Notes: generated by a model from the letters alone, not told the origin. A stretch of DNA of 64,000 bases from Capsulimonadales bacterium (GCA_033762295.1 JANRLW010000064.1:1-64000); one strand, 5' to 3'; counted from the stretch's first letter, positions 21,357 through 31,268 are shown. Made by a program: numbers and translations.

Positions 21357-22067
21357 TTACGGGCAGGTCGGTTGTGTGGTGCCGGTCTGCAGGCGCGGCA
21401 GAGAATGATTCCCTTTGAGCGGCTTGGAATGCCCGTCCAGGAAGGTCGCCACCGACCCGTCGCTGTGTCGTTCGCTCAGGAAGTTGGCGACCTCTATGTT
21501 TTGGAAGCCGTCATCGGTCGAGCGGTGACGCACATCGAATGCCGGGTCGTGTCCGTCCTCGTCCTCCTGATGTGATGCCTCCTCGGTCAAAAGGACGATT
21601 TCCGCGGGTGAGGCGAACACACCGTCGAGCGGCCTGCCGGGTCGAAAGCCGGTCATCGTCCGTTCGGAAAGGCAGCTGTTGATCGCGTAGGAGACGCCGG
21701 ACTGTCGTCCCTCGGTGTCCCCCGGACAGATATAGAGGTTGCGTTCCCGAACATAAGGAAACAGCGCGCCACGGGTCGGATCGACGCTGCTCCGGTTACG
21801 GTTCACGGGAAACACGGTGTAGTAGACCCAGCCTCCTGCCTGTCTTTCGCCGTTCGTGCCATCCGTCGCACCCGGCAGACGTTCGTCGTAATCCGTGGCG
21901 TACATTCGAAACGCCATGCCAAGTTGACGGAGATTCGAAAGACAGGCCGTACGACGTCCGCTTTCGCGTGCCTGAGCGAAAACGGGAAACAGGATAGCGG
22001 CCATCACTGCGAGTATGGCGACGACGACGAGCAGTTCGATCAGTGTAAAACCTCGTTGTGGGAGCAT
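21357..22067 (-). CDS. Prepilin-type N-methylation, DUF1559 / H-X9-DG domain protein
   Basis: RGFTLIELLVVVAI, FPVFAQARE, CLSNLRQ and RHSDGSVATFLDGH motifs. Confidence 0.92.
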   Translation of the reverse strand: MLPQRGFTLIELLVVVAILAVMAAILFPVFAQARESGRRTACLSNLRQLGMAFRMYATDYDERLPGATDGTNGERQAGGWVYYTVFPVNRNRSSVDPTRGALFPYVRERNLYICPGDTEGRQSGVSYAINSCLSERTMTGFRPGRPLDGVFASPAEIVLLTEEASHQEDEDGHDPAFDVRHRSTDDGFQNIEVANFLSERHSDGSVATFLDGHSKPLKGNHSLPRLQTGTTQPTCP

Positions 22068-22199
22068 TTTCGTCCCCTCCGACTATTCGGACGTACCGGG
22101 TCGACGGACGTTACAACAGGTACGCGAATATAAATCAGAAATTTAACTGACGAGCATGGTATATTGATCGGGAATAGGTTGTCTGTCAGAAAGAGTATC

Positions 22200-23147
22200 A
22201 TGAGCCACGATCAGATTTTCAAGGAACTGCTCCGAACTTTTTTCCGGGAGTTCATGGAACTCTTTCTTCCGCGTATCGCCGGACAACTGTCCTTTGAGAC
22301 GGTGCGGTTTCTCGAACAGGAGTTTTTTACCGACTTTCCCGAGGGCGACGTCCGGCGCACCGATACGCTCGCGGAGGTGCGAACGAGCGACGGAACTCCT
22401 GAGGTCGTTCTGTTTCATATCGAGACGGAAGCCGCACGACGTACGGAGTTTCGCGGGCGGATGTGGGAGTATTATTGCCTGATCCGGCAACGATGGAAGG
22501 AAGCGGTTTTTCCGATTGTCATTTACCTGTCTCCGGGAACGGGTGGTATCGTAAGAGAGGAGTATGCCGAGGAGGTTTTCGGCGACCGGATTCTGACATT
22601 TGCGTTTACGGCGGTCGGACTGCCGGACCTCCGGGCGGAGGATTATTGCGACCGGGAGAACCCGGTGGGCGTGGCGTTGAGCGCCCTGATGAGACCGGGA
22701 CGTCTTGAACCGGCGCGACGGAAGTGGGACGCTTTACGACGGATTGTTCGGAACGAACCGGATGAAAGCCGTAAGGTCTTATTAACGAATATCGTGGAAA
22801 ACTATCTCATCCTGTCCGATACGGACCGAATCGCTTTCGAGGAGATAGTGGCAAGGGACACCGATACGGAGGTGCGGGACATGATTTCCATCTACGAACG
22901 CCGAGGGATCGAACAGGGAATTGAGCGAGGGATCGAACAGGGAATTGGACAGGGATTGCTCGAGGGGACGCGCCGGACTCTGTTGCGGCAAATGGAAGCT
23001 CGATTCGGTCCGCTCAACGACGAAACGTTCCGGGCGGTTGCAGCCATCGTCGATCAAGGCCGATTGGACGATCTGACCCTCCGGCTCTTGACCGCAGGTT
23101 CCCTCGCGGAACTGCGTCTCGGGGACGAACGATCCGGAGCGGTATAA
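22200..23147 (+). CDS. Rpn family PD-(D/E)XK nuclease / putative transposase with DUF4351-like C-terminus
   Basis: HDQIFKELL, RRTDTL, FHIETE, PIVIYL, GIEQG repeats and LLRQMEARFG motifs. Confidence 0.88.
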   Translation: MSHDQIFKELLRTFFREFMELFLPRIAGQLSFETVRFLEQEFFTDFPEGDVRRTDTLAEVRTSDGTPEVVLFHIETEAARRTEFRGRMWEYYCLIRQRWKEAVFPIVIYLSPGTGGIVREEYAEEVFGDRILTFAFTAVGLPDLRAEDYCDRENPVGVALSALMRPGRLEPARRKWDALRRIVRNEPDESRKVLLTNIVENYLILSDTDRIAFEEIVARDTDTEVRDMISIYERRGIEQGIERGIEQGIGQGLLEGTRRTLLRQMEARFGPLNDETFRAVAAIVDQGRLDDLTLRLLTAGSLAELRLGDERSGAV

Positions 23148-23154
23148 TCCGAAT

Positions 23155-23559
23155 ATGTCGCCCTCTGCGGTTTCGCTTGTTCGTCTGGCGGCCATCAACG
23201 GGTTGGTGGCCGTCGCTCTCGGCGCGTTTGGCGCCCATACGTTGCGGGATCGAATTTCCCCGGAGATGCTGGCCATCTGGAAGACCGGGACCGACTACCA
23301 TCTATCTCACGCTCTGGCCCTGTTGCTGACCGCTCTGATCTGCGATCGTTTCCTCGTCGCCGGAAACACGGTCGCCGCCAATCGCGCACGAGGCGCGGGA
23401 TTATTGTTTGCCGTGGGAATCCTGATCTTCTCGGGAAGCCTCTATGCGCTGGCGACGACCGGACTTCGCGTTCTGGGGGCAATCACTCCTCTTGGCGGTC
23501 TTTGCTTCCTCAGTGGGTGGCTCCTTCTGCTTTTCGCACCCAAGTCCGTGCAAAAGTAA
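23155..23559 (+). CDS. DUF423 family membrane protein
   Basis: LGAFGAH, YHLSHAL, FSGSLY and GAITPLGG motifs. Confidence 0.93.
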   Translation: MSPSAVSLVRLAAINGLVAVALGAFGAHTLRDRISPEMLAIWKTGTDYHLSHALALLLTALICDRFLVAGNTVAANRARGAGLLFAVGILIFSGSLYALATTGLRVLGAITPLGGLCFLSGWLLLLFAPKSVQK

Positions 23560-23697
23560 ACTCGGTTCGCGCAAACCCCTCGGAATGTGCGATTATGCGG
23601 AAAATCCCCACAAACGTTATGTCCCTTCTCGCCGACTTGTGGCCGTTCCAATTAATCAGGGTGGGCGGTAAAACGTTCACCGAAGGAGTGAAGAACG

Positions 23698-23985
23698 ATG
23701 AAGAAACAGGCGATCTGTGCGGCCGCCGTACTGGCGACCTCTCTGATGATGGGGAATGCGTTTGCTCAGGATTCGTCCGCCGGTATGAACGACAACATGA
23801 ACAACGGCATGAACAACGGCATGAACAATGGCATGAACAACGGCACCATGGACGGTGACATGGGGAACAATGGCTCCTACACCGGGAATCTCCCGGCGAC
23901 CGGAGCGGAATCTCTGGCGCCGGTCGTTATCGGCGCTCTTCTGGGAGGCGCGGGCCTGGTTCTGCGCCGCCGCAAAGCCGCATAG
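23698..23985 (+). CDS. Small secreted protein with MNNG repeats and an LPxTG-type C-terminal sorting signal
   Basis: AAGGAG RBS, signal peptide ending AFA, (MNNG)n, then LPATG + hydrophobic helix + RRRK. Confidence 0.8.
   Translation: MKKQAICAAAVLATSLMMGNAFAQDSSAGMNDNMNNGMNNGMNNGMNNGTMDGDMGNNGSYTGNLPATGAESLAPVVIGALLGGAGLVLRRRKAA
23785..23844 (+). repeat. 12-bp tandem repeat ATGAACAACGGC, about 5 imperfect copies
   Basis: Directly visible; encodes MNDN/MNNG. Confidence 0.85.
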
Positions 23986-24009
23986 GATTACTGCCCCATC
24001 CTTCGTACG

Positions 24010-24042
24010 ACCTCCCTTCGGCCACTTCGCGTGAAGGGAGGT
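24010..24042 (+). terminator. Hairpin after the LPxTG gene
   Basis: ACCTCCCTTC ... GAAGGGAGGT inverted repeat; no strong U-tract. Confidence 0.45.
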
Positions 24043-24148
24043 ACTCGCATTGGCACACGCTGTGAGGTGGGAAAATCGCAAAAGATAGCGGGAGAATATT
24101 ACGGAAGCGCTGAAACTGTCAGGGGGAATCGGCGTCTATTAGTGCGAC

Positions 24149-25279
24149 ATGATGAAAGTTCCCCTCGCCAATCTCCCCGCCCAGTACGCTGCCCTCAAAA
24201 CCGAACTGGATTCCGCCGTATTACGGGCGCTCGCCGACGGAGCCTTTGTTCTCGGAACGACCCCGGCCGCCAATGCGATCGTTGAAAAACTCGAACAGGG
24301 AGTTGCCGAGTTTTGCGGAGCCACCCACGGAATCGCGGTAAACTCCGGAACGGACGCCCTGTTGCTTTCGCTGATGGCGCTCGGGGTCGGTCCGGGTGAC
24401 GAAGTGATTACGCCTCCCTTCACGTTCGTCGCCACCGTGGAAACGGTCGCATTGCTCGGAGCCACTCCGGTTTTCGCCGATATCGATCCGGTCACATTTA
24501 ATCTGGACCCGGAGCGGGTGGCGGAAAAAATTACGCCGCGCACGAAAGCGATTCTTCCGGTTCACCTGTTCGGGCAGATGGCGGATATGACGGAGCTGGC
24601 ACGGATTGCCTGTTCCCACGACCTGCCCCTGATCGGAGATGCGGCGCAGGCGATCGGCTGCGCTCATTGGGGGCGGAAGGTCGCCGCCTGGTCACGGCTC
24701 ACCACGCTGTCGTTCTATCCGACGAAAAACCTCGGGGCGGCGGGGGATGGCGGCATGGTCCTGACCAATGAGGACGATCTGAACGCCCGTCTGCGTTCCC
24801 TCCGCTTCCATGGTACGGTCGGCCCGTATAAGTATGCATATGTCGGGGTTTGCTCGCGGCTGGACGGATTGCAGGCGGCTATCCTGAATGTCAAGCTGCC
24901 TCATCTGAGTGACTGGAACGAGGCGCGGCGCAGGAATGCGGCCCACTATTCGGAGGCTCTGGCGGACATCGACGGCCTTTGTCTGCCATTCTGTCGACCG
25001 GAAAACGTCCACACCTATCATCAGTACACCGTGCGGGTGCTCCATGGAAAGCGCGACGAACTGCGGCGATTTCTTCAGGAACGGGGAGTCGCATCCGGCG
25101 TTTTCTATCCCGGAGCGTTGCACCTGGAGGCGGCGTACCTGCCGTATGGCGGCAAGCCGGGGGACTATCCGGAGGCGGAACGCGCCTGCCAGGAAGTGCT
25201 TTCCCTTCCGATCATTCCTGAACTTACGGAAGAGCAGAGAGCATATGTCGTGCAAACATTACACGAATTTCCGTGGTAA
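24149..25279 (+). CDS. DegT/DnrJ/EryC1/StrS PLP-dependent aminotransferase
   Basis: NSGTDAL, PVHLFGQ, DAAQA and SFYPTKNLG motifs. Confidence 0.95.
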   Translation: MMKVPLANLPAQYAALKTELDSAVLRALADGAFVLGTTPAANAIVEKLEQGVAEFCGATHGIAVNSGTDALLLSLMALGVGPGDEVITPPFTFVATVETVALLGATPVFADIDPVTFNLDPERVAEKITPRTKAILPVHLFGQMADMTELARIACSHDLPLIGDAAQAIGCAHWGRKVAAWSRLTTLSFYPTKNLGAAGDGGMVLTNEDDLNARLRSLRFHGTVGPYKYAYVGVCSRLDGLQAAILNVKLPHLSDWNEARRRNAAHYSEALADIDGLCLPFCRPENVHTYHQYTVRVLHGKRDELRRFLQERGVASGVFYPGALHLEAAYLPYGGKPGDYPEAERACQEVLSLPIIPELTEEQRAYVVQTLHEFPW

Positions 25280-25381
25280 CTACGCGTGTTGACCGGTAGG
25301 AAACGAGGGTAAAATTCAGCGGGCGTTCTCGGGAGCGTCCGATGTCTCCCGAAATTCGGAGCCTGAGATCGAGAACTTTTC

Positions 25382-26374
25382 ATGCGTGCAATGATCCTGG
25401 GGGCGGGTATCGGTTCCCGCCTGGACCCGCTGACACGTTCCCTGCCCAAGCCGCTGGTCCCGGTGGTCGGTAAACCGGTGATGGGGCATATCATGGACCA
25501 TCTGCGCCATTCCGGAATCACCGAGATTGTCGTCAATGTTCAGTACCTGGGGGATCGGATCGTCGAAACGATCGGCGATGGGTCCGCGTACGGCGTCAAG
25601 GTCACCTATTCCTTCGAGGATAAACTCTGGGGGGATGCCGGGGGATTGAAGCGCGTGGAATCGTTTTTCCGTGAGAGCGACGATGAGACGCTTTTGGTGG
25701 TCGGCGGCGACGACCTGACCGACACGGATATTACCCACATTATCGCCGAACATAAGGCCAAGGGAGCGGCGGCGACGATCGGAGTGACACCGGTCGAGGA
25801 TCCGTCCGCTTTCGGAATCTGTGTCACGGACGAACAGGGGTTCATTACGCGTTTCCAGGAGAAGCCGAAAAAAGGGGAAGCGTTCTCCAATCTGGCCAAT
25901 ACGGGTATCTACATCTTTGATCGAAAGGTCTTCGAGTACATCCCGGCGGACACGTTTTACGGCTTCGGCTTGAACGTACTGCCGGCCATGCTGGCTGCGG
26001 GGGAACCGATGCTGGCGGTCACCTCGACCGCCTACTGGCAGGATGTCGGTAATCTGGTGATCTATCGTCAGGCGCAACGCGATGTCATCGACGGCAAGGT
26101 GAAAATCGATTTCGTCGAGGGATCGACCGTGGCCGACACCTGCGTCGTCTGTCCGGGAGCCAGGGTCGACGGAGAGATCTCCGACTATACCGTGGTCGGA
26201 CGCGGCGCGGTCGTCGAAGCGGGCGCGACCGTGAAAAACTCGATCCTCTGGGACGGGGCCGTGGTGAAGTCGGGCACCTACCTGGAAAACTGCGTCGTCG
26301 GAAACGGTGTCACCGTGGCCACCACGCACGGTATTTTCAATGGTTTGATCGTCGAGCCCAAACGCCCGGGGTAG
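25382..26374 (+). CDS. NDP-sugar synthase (mannose-1-phosphate guanylyltransferase-like)
   Basis: AMILGAGIGSRLDPLT..LPKPL, FQEKP, NTGIY and YWQDVG motifs; hexapeptide repeats at the C-terminus. Confidence 0.92.
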   Translation: MRAMILGAGIGSRLDPLTRSLPKPLVPVVGKPVMGHIMDHLRHSGITEIVVNVQYLGDRIVETIGDGSAYGVKVTYSFEDKLWGDAGGLKRVESFFRESDDETLLVVGGDDLTDTDITHIIAEHKAKGAAATIGVTPVEDPSAFGICVTDEQGFITRFQEKPKKGEAFSNLANTGIYIFDRKVFEYIPADTFYGFGLNVLPAMLAAGEPMLAVTSTAYWQDVGNLVIYRQAQRDVIDGKVKIDFVEGSTVADTCVVCPGARVDGEISDYTVVGRGAVVEAGATVKNSILWDGAVVKSGTYLENCVVGNGVTVATTHGIFNGLIVEPKRPG

Positions 26375-26388
26375 TTTTTCGGCTCTGT

Positions 26389-26422
26389 CCCGGTTCCCGC
26401 CCACGTGCGGGCGGGAACCGGG
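26389..26422. terminator. GC-rich hairpin between convergent genes
   Basis: CCCGGTTCCCGCCC-acgtgc-GGGCGGGAACCGGG, 14-bp perfect stem. Confidence 0.65.
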
Positions 26423-26429
26423 GGAGGTG

Positions 26430-27023
26430 TTAGCGCAGGGCGGCTTTCAACCGGTCGAGCGATTCGTTCTGCACGACTTCATGAAGCGAGTCGCCGTGCG
26501 AGTCCATCGTGACGATGGCCGGGAAATCGACGACCTGCAGTACCCAGATCGCTTCCGGAGAACCGAACTCCTCCAGATAGACGTTCTCGACGGTGCGGAT
26601 GCAGTCGGCGTAAACCTGCGCCGCGCCGCCGACCGCATGGAGGTAGACGGCTCCCTCGTCCCGGCAGGCGGCCAGAGTTTTCAGCCCCATGCCTCCCTTG
26701 CCGATCACGCCGCGAATTCCGTATTTTTTGATCAGGTCGGCCTGGTACGGCTCCTCGCGGATCGAGGTGGTCGGACCGGCGGCATTGACCGTAAACTCTC
26801 GCCGTCCGTCCTCCCCGGTCTTCTCCACGACCACCGGACCGCAGTGGTAAATGATCCCACCGGCCAGATCCACTCCCTCCGGAAGCGCCCCGCCGCCCGC
26901 CAGGTACTTGTGGACCGCATCGCGGCCGGTGTAGAGTCGCCCCGAGATCAGGACTTCGTCGCCCGCTTTGAGCGAACGCGCCGTGGTATCGTCCAGCGGC
27001 GTAGTAATTTTTTTCTGTGCCAT
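26430..27023 (-). CDS. Class I fumarate hydratase / tartrate dehydratase beta subunit
   Basis: TGRDAVH, IYHCGP, AGPTTSIRE, IGKGGM and VTMDSHG motifs. Confidence 0.92.
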   Translation of the reverse strand: MAQKKITTPLDDTTARSLKAGDEVLISGRLYTGRDAVHKYLAGGGALPEGVDLAGGIIYHCGPVVVEKTGEDGRREFTVNAAGPTTSIREEPYQADLIKKYGIRGVIGKGGMGLKTLAACRDEGAVYLHAVGGAAQVYADCIRTVENVYLEEFGSPEAIWVLQVVDFPAIVTMDSHGDSLHEVVQNESLDRLKAALR

Positions 27024-27112
27024 TAGATAACCTCAGAGAACCTCAATTTCCTCGATCGTACGCCGGAATACGAACGGATCGGGGACGGTAAGGGACGGGG
27101 CGGCCCTGTCGT

Positions 27113-27394
27113 TTACCCCGGCTTTCTTCGACCGAAGCGCCGTGCCAGGAAGGCGATGCTACCGGCCGTGCAGCCGAGGCAGACGCACTGCCAGTAAAAC
27201 GGGATCCTTTCCCCGGTCGCACCGAGAAGATGAACGGACAGGGATATCGGAAACGGAAGCGAGAGGAGAAACGCCACGACAAATTGCCCCTTCCATCGCC
27301 ACGCGGTTAACAGGGCATAGGCGGGAAGATAGCCCGCCAGCACCGCCAGTCCGTAACGGATAAAGGCGAAGAACGCGGAAGGCAACAGCGACAT
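27113..27394 (-). CDS. Small hypothetical membrane protein
   Basis: 93 aa, three hydrophobic segments, GGAG RBS; lies between the fumarase subunits. Confidence 0.45.
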   Translation of the reverse strand: MSLLPSAFFAFIRYGLAVLAGYLPAYALLTAWRWKGQFVVAFLLSLPFPISLSVHLLGATGERIPFYWQCVCLGCTAGSIAFLARRFGRRKPG

Positions 27395-27427
27395 TGATTA
27401 GCGGCTCCTGGTCGTTTCCGTAACGTT

Positions 27428-28348
27428 TCAATGGGTTTCGGGCAGGGTCTCCTCCGCGCTTTCGTATAGCCAACCCGTAATCCGATCCGTCGTCGGGTCG
27501 AGCGTTACCCCACGGCGGCGATGCGCCCAGCAGGCGTAGGCAACCGAGACGAAGAACGATGCGGGAAGGCGGTTACGGGCCGCGATCTTGCAGCCGAGAA
27601 GCGTCGTATCGCCGCCCCAACCCATCGGACCGACCCCGAGACCGTTGGCGATCCGGGTTATTTCGTCCTCCAGGGCGGCAAGGGTCGGATCGGGATTGGT
27701 GTCGCCAACCACCCGTAAAAGCTGTTCCTTCGCCGTTTCATATCCGGAAGCGCGGTCGCCGCCGATACAGACGCCTATATAGCCCGGCGAGCAGCCTTTG
27801 CCCTGCGCCTTCCAGATGGCATGCAGGATGACGAGTTTACAGCCTTCCAGGTCGCGGCCGGCCTTCTTGCCAAGTTCGGGAAGTTCGGCGGGCAGGGAGT
27901 ACTGCGCCCCGACGTTCTCACATCCGCCCCCTTTGAGGATCAGGCGGACCTCGGTCCGGGGTTGTCGCCATGCCTGAAAGTGGAACAGCGGAGTGCCCGG
28001 CCCGAGATTGTTTCCGGTGTTCTTTCCGGTGAGGCTGTCGACCGAGTTCTGGCGCAGATAACCGACGGCGGTCGCTTCGGCGACGGCTTCCTGCGCGGCC
28101 TCCTCGAAGGCGAGAGTGTCATACCCGATCGGATGATGGACATAGAACTTGATCATCCCGGTATCCTGGCAGATCGGCGCGGATTCCTCGGCGGCGGTGC
28201 CGATATTGCAGTCGATGGTATCGAGGGCGAGCAGGGCGCGGCTGCCGCGCGCCTCCTTCTCGCGGCCCGCCTGCAACGCCTGTCGGATATCGGCGGGAAG
28301 ATCGGAGGAGGTGCGGCGGATCAGTTCCAGTAGGCTCTGTTTCAGCAT
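27428..28348 (-). CDS. Class I fumarate hydratase / tartrate dehydratase alpha subunit (true start 28348)
   Basis: PICQDTG, LRQNSVD, LKGGGCEN, GCSPG, GVGPMG and CWAHRR motifs; GAGGA RBS before MLKQ. Confidence 0.92.
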   Translation of the reverse strand: MLKQSLLELIRRTSSDLPADIRQALQAGREKEARGSRALLALDTIDCNIGTAAEESAPICQDTGMIKFYVHHPIGYDTLAFEEAAQEAVAEATAVGYLRQNSVDSLTGKNTGNNLGPGTPLFHFQAWRQPRTEVRLILKGGGCENVGAQYSLPAELPELGKKAGRDLEGCKLVILHAIWKAQGKGCSPGYIGVCIGGDRASGYETAKEQLLRVVGDTNPDPTLAALEDEITRIANGLGVGPMGWGGDTTLLGCKIAARNRLPASFFVSVAYACWAHRRRGVTLDPTTDRITGWLYESAEETLPETH

Positions 28349-28570
28349 GATAAGTCCTCGGTCGGTGATACGAAAGTGGTCATCGGACGTCCGTTTCCAG
28401 TATATCGCGTCGTTTCCCCGCTTCGTTTCCCGCGACATCCGTCCGGGGCCGCTTCCCCTTGACACGGGGGTGTCTTTCCCTTTACAATGCGGTCGGGACC
28501 CTGACTGCCATCTTCTTCGGGTCTTCCTGCCATCGTCGCGATCTATCGTTTCCTTGAAAAGGAGTCGACC

Positions 28571-31249
28571 GTGTTGCCAACCCGCGCTCTCGATATTCGC
28601 CGTTTCCTCCCGCTGTCCGTGGCCGCGTCGCTGCTGGCCCTGACCGTCGGAGTTGCCCTCCCCCCGGCCCATGCTCAGACGGGTGGTCGGACCGCCGCCG
28701 CGCAGACGGGTGGTCAGACCGGCGTCGTGACACAGCCGAAGGCGGATGAGAAAGTCCCCGCCAAAGCCATCCGCCAGTACCTGGCGATCAAAAAGTTCCT
28801 CAAGAATGCCTCGCCGATCGAGCGCAAACTGCATGGTGACCTGCTGCCGTTGAGCCGGAAAGCGCAAAACAAACCGGTCCCGGCCGAACTGCCTCCGCCG
28901 CGAACGATTTCCGTGACGCCCGATACGGTCGGCGGAACCTTCCGGGTCGCCCGGGGCGCGGCCACGACCGTGCGGGTCGATATCCGGGGAACGGTCACCG
29001 ACGGTCTGCTGGCGGCGATCGAGAAAGCGGGCGGGAAGGTCGTTTACGCCTCCCGTCGAGACCTGGGAGCCGCCGCGTTTCCGGTCACCGCCGAACTGCC
29101 GCCGTCCGCGCTGGAAACGATCGCCGCTCTTCCCGAAGTGCGGAAGATTCGCCGCACACCGCCGCGAATGGCGAGCCGATACGGAGCGGGACGCGTTCGC
29201 GCGCTGGTGCCGCTCGCCGGGACCGGCTCCGCCCTGTTGAGCGCCTCCGCGACCGCCTCCCGAGCGGCGTCCGCCCTCACCACCGCCCTGGCGGCGGTCG
29301 GCCGTTACAACTCCGAGGGGGACCGGGCGCACGCCGCCAATCAGGCAAGGGCCACCTACGGAGTGTCCGGCGCAGGCGTCAGAATCGGCGTCATTTCCGA
29401 CAGCAACGATTTCCAGGAAAACTCCCAGGCGACCGGCGATCTGGGAGAGGTGACCGTCCTTCCGGGCCAGAGCGGCCGTCCGGCGTCCGGCGAGGGAACG
29501 GCGATGATGGAGATCGTCCGCGACATCGCTCCGGGGGCGCAGCTCTATTTCGCTACCGCCGGCGATTCCGAGGCGCAGTTCGCCGATAACATTCTGGCGC
29601 TTCGCGACGCCGGCTGTAACATCATCGTCGATGACATCCTGTTTCTGGCCGAACCTGCGTTCCAGGACGGTACCATTGCCCGCGCCGTCAACGAAGTGAC
29701 GGGGACGTCAAATGTCCTGTATTTCGCCGCGGCAGGAAACTTCGGTAACATCCTGTACGGAAACAGCCAGGCGTGGGAAGGCGATTTCAAGGACTCCGGC
29801 CAGGAATTGATCGACCCGGTGGAACTGGTCAACTACGGACGCATCCACGAATTTCCGGGAGGCACGTTCAACTCGGTCGGCACGCCGTTCGGCGCGTATA
29901 TCGGACTGCAGTGGTCCGATCCGCTCGGAAACTCCACGAACGACTACGATATCATCGTCACCGATCAGAACGGCGAGCTCTTTGACTACGCCGCCGACTT
30001 TCAGAGCGGTGAAGGGGACGATCCGATCGAGTTTCCCGCGGTGGCTGTCGGGGGGACACGGATCTATGTGGTCGCGTACCGCCCCGATGAAACATACCCG
30101 TGGCCGGAACCGCGCCAGCTGCGGCTTTACTCGTTCTTCGACAGTCTGAACCAGCAAACGGACAGTAACACCTACCACCATGCGGCGGGCAAAGGCTCGA
30201 TCGGTGTCGCGGCGACCCCGGCATCGTTCTTCGGTTCCGCCTTCGTTCCCGGACCGTTCCCCTTCCCGTTCAATGCGAGCAACTATACCGAATCGTTCTC
30301 GTCCGACGGTCCGCGTCGCCACTATTTTGAGGAGGACGGAACGCCGATCACCGAGGGGAACTTCCTGATCGGAACCGAGGGCGGCGAGATCATTCCGAAA
30401 CCCGACCTGACGGCGGCGGATGGTGTGGGCACTACCGTTCCCGGATTCCAGTACTTCCCGGGATTTTTCGGCACCTCGGCGGCGGCTCCCCATGCGGCGG
30501 CGATCGCCGCCCTGGTCAAGTCGTATCGGCCCTCCCTGACGGTCGAGGGGATGAAAGTCACGCTGCAGTCGTCCTGCATCGATATCATGGACCCGGGCTT
30601 CGATTATTTCTCCGGTGCGGGTATCCTGATGGCCAACCGGGCGGTGGCGTTCACGGCCAACTTCCTGGACGCCCGGACCATTCGGGTGACGAATGTTACC
30701 TCGAACTCGGCGACCGTCACCTGGACGACCAACCTTCCGGCCGACTCCCGATTGGATTTTTCGGAGACGATCACCCCCAAAACCGAAACGGTGGAAAACC
30801 CGGCGACGGTAACGAGCCACTCGTTGACGATGACCGGACTGCGTCCCAGAACCCGGTATTTTGTTGATGTTCGGTCGGCGAACGCCGCTCTCGGGGTCTC
30901 CGAAATCCGCCCGATCACCGTGACGACCCTGCCGGCAGTGAACGCGTCGGTGCGGATCAGCGGTGTGAAACTCACCCGGAACTCCCAGGGACGCATCGTC
31001 GCCGAAGTATCTCTCACCAACACGACCGGGGTGACGGCGACCAAGGTTCGCCTGAACACCGCCCGACTTGGCACATCCTCGCCGGTAACGACCCTGCCGC
31101 TGCGGGTGGGCGCGATCCCCAATAACGGCACCGTCAAAGTCTATCTCCAGTTCCCGAGCGCGACCGCCGGGGCGACCGTGTCGCTCTCCATTACCGGACA
31201 GAGCGATGAAAACACGATCGGGTATGACGCCAGCGTGAGGATTCCCTGA
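28571..31249 (+). CDS. Secreted S8-family (subtilase-like) serine peptidase with FN3-like C-terminal domains
   Basis: Signal peptide; IGVISDS, GEGTAMMEIV, AAAGN, FSSDGP, KPDLTAADG and FFGTSAAAPHAA motifs; SATVTWTT FN3-like segment. Confidence 0.88.
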   Translation: MLPTRALDIRRFLPLSVAASLLALTVGVALPPAHAQTGGRTAAAQTGGQTGVVTQPKADEKVPAKAIRQYLAIKKFLKNASPIERKLHGDLLPLSRKAQNKPVPAELPPPRTISVTPDTVGGTFRVARGAATTVRVDIRGTVTDGLLAAIEKAGGKVVYASRRDLGAAAFPVTAELPPSALETIAALPEVRKIRRTPPRMASRYGAGRVRALVPLAGTGSALLSASATASRAASALTTALAAVGRYNSEGDRAHAANQARATYGVSGAGVRIGVISDSNDFQENSQATGDLGEVTVLPGQSGRPASGEGTAMMEIVRDIAPGAQLYFATAGDSEAQFADNILALRDAGCNIIVDDILFLAEPAFQDGTIARAVNEVTGTSNVLYFAAAGNFGNILYGNSQAWEGDFKDSGQELIDPVELVNYGRIHEFPGGTFNSVGTPFGAYIGLQWSDPLGNSTNDYDIIVTDQNGELFDYAADFQSGEGDDPIEFPAVAVGGTRIYVVAYRPDETYPWPEPRQLRLYSFFDSLNQQTDSNTYHHAAGKGSIGVAATPASFFGSAFVPGPFPFPFNASNYTESFSSDGPRRHYFEEDGTPITEGNFLIGTEGGEIIPKPDLTAADGVGTTVPGFQYFPGFFGTSAAAPHAAAIAALVKSYRPSLTVEGMKVTLQSSCIDIMDPGFDYFSGAGILMANRAVAFTANFLDARTIRVTNVTSNSATVTWTTNLPADSRLDFSETITPKTETVENPATVTSHSLTMTGLRPRTRYFVDVRSANAALGVSEIRPITVTTLPAVNASVRISGVKLTRNSQGRIVAEVSLTNTTGVTATKVRLNTARLGTSSPVTTLPLRVGAIPNNGTVKVYLQFPSATAGATVSLSITGQSDENTIGYDASVRIP

Positions 31250-31268
31250 CGTTTCCTTACCGGAGCCC

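Noticed and set aside
23785..23844. Short tandem repeats as a possible CRISPR array
   Set aside because: These are 12-bp coding repeats without spacers; no CRISPR array or cas gene was seen in the window.
28349..29332. Long N-terminal extension on the fumarase alpha ORF (634 aa)
   Set aside because: It is antisense to the S8 peptidase; the recognisable protein starts at 28348 with its own RBS.
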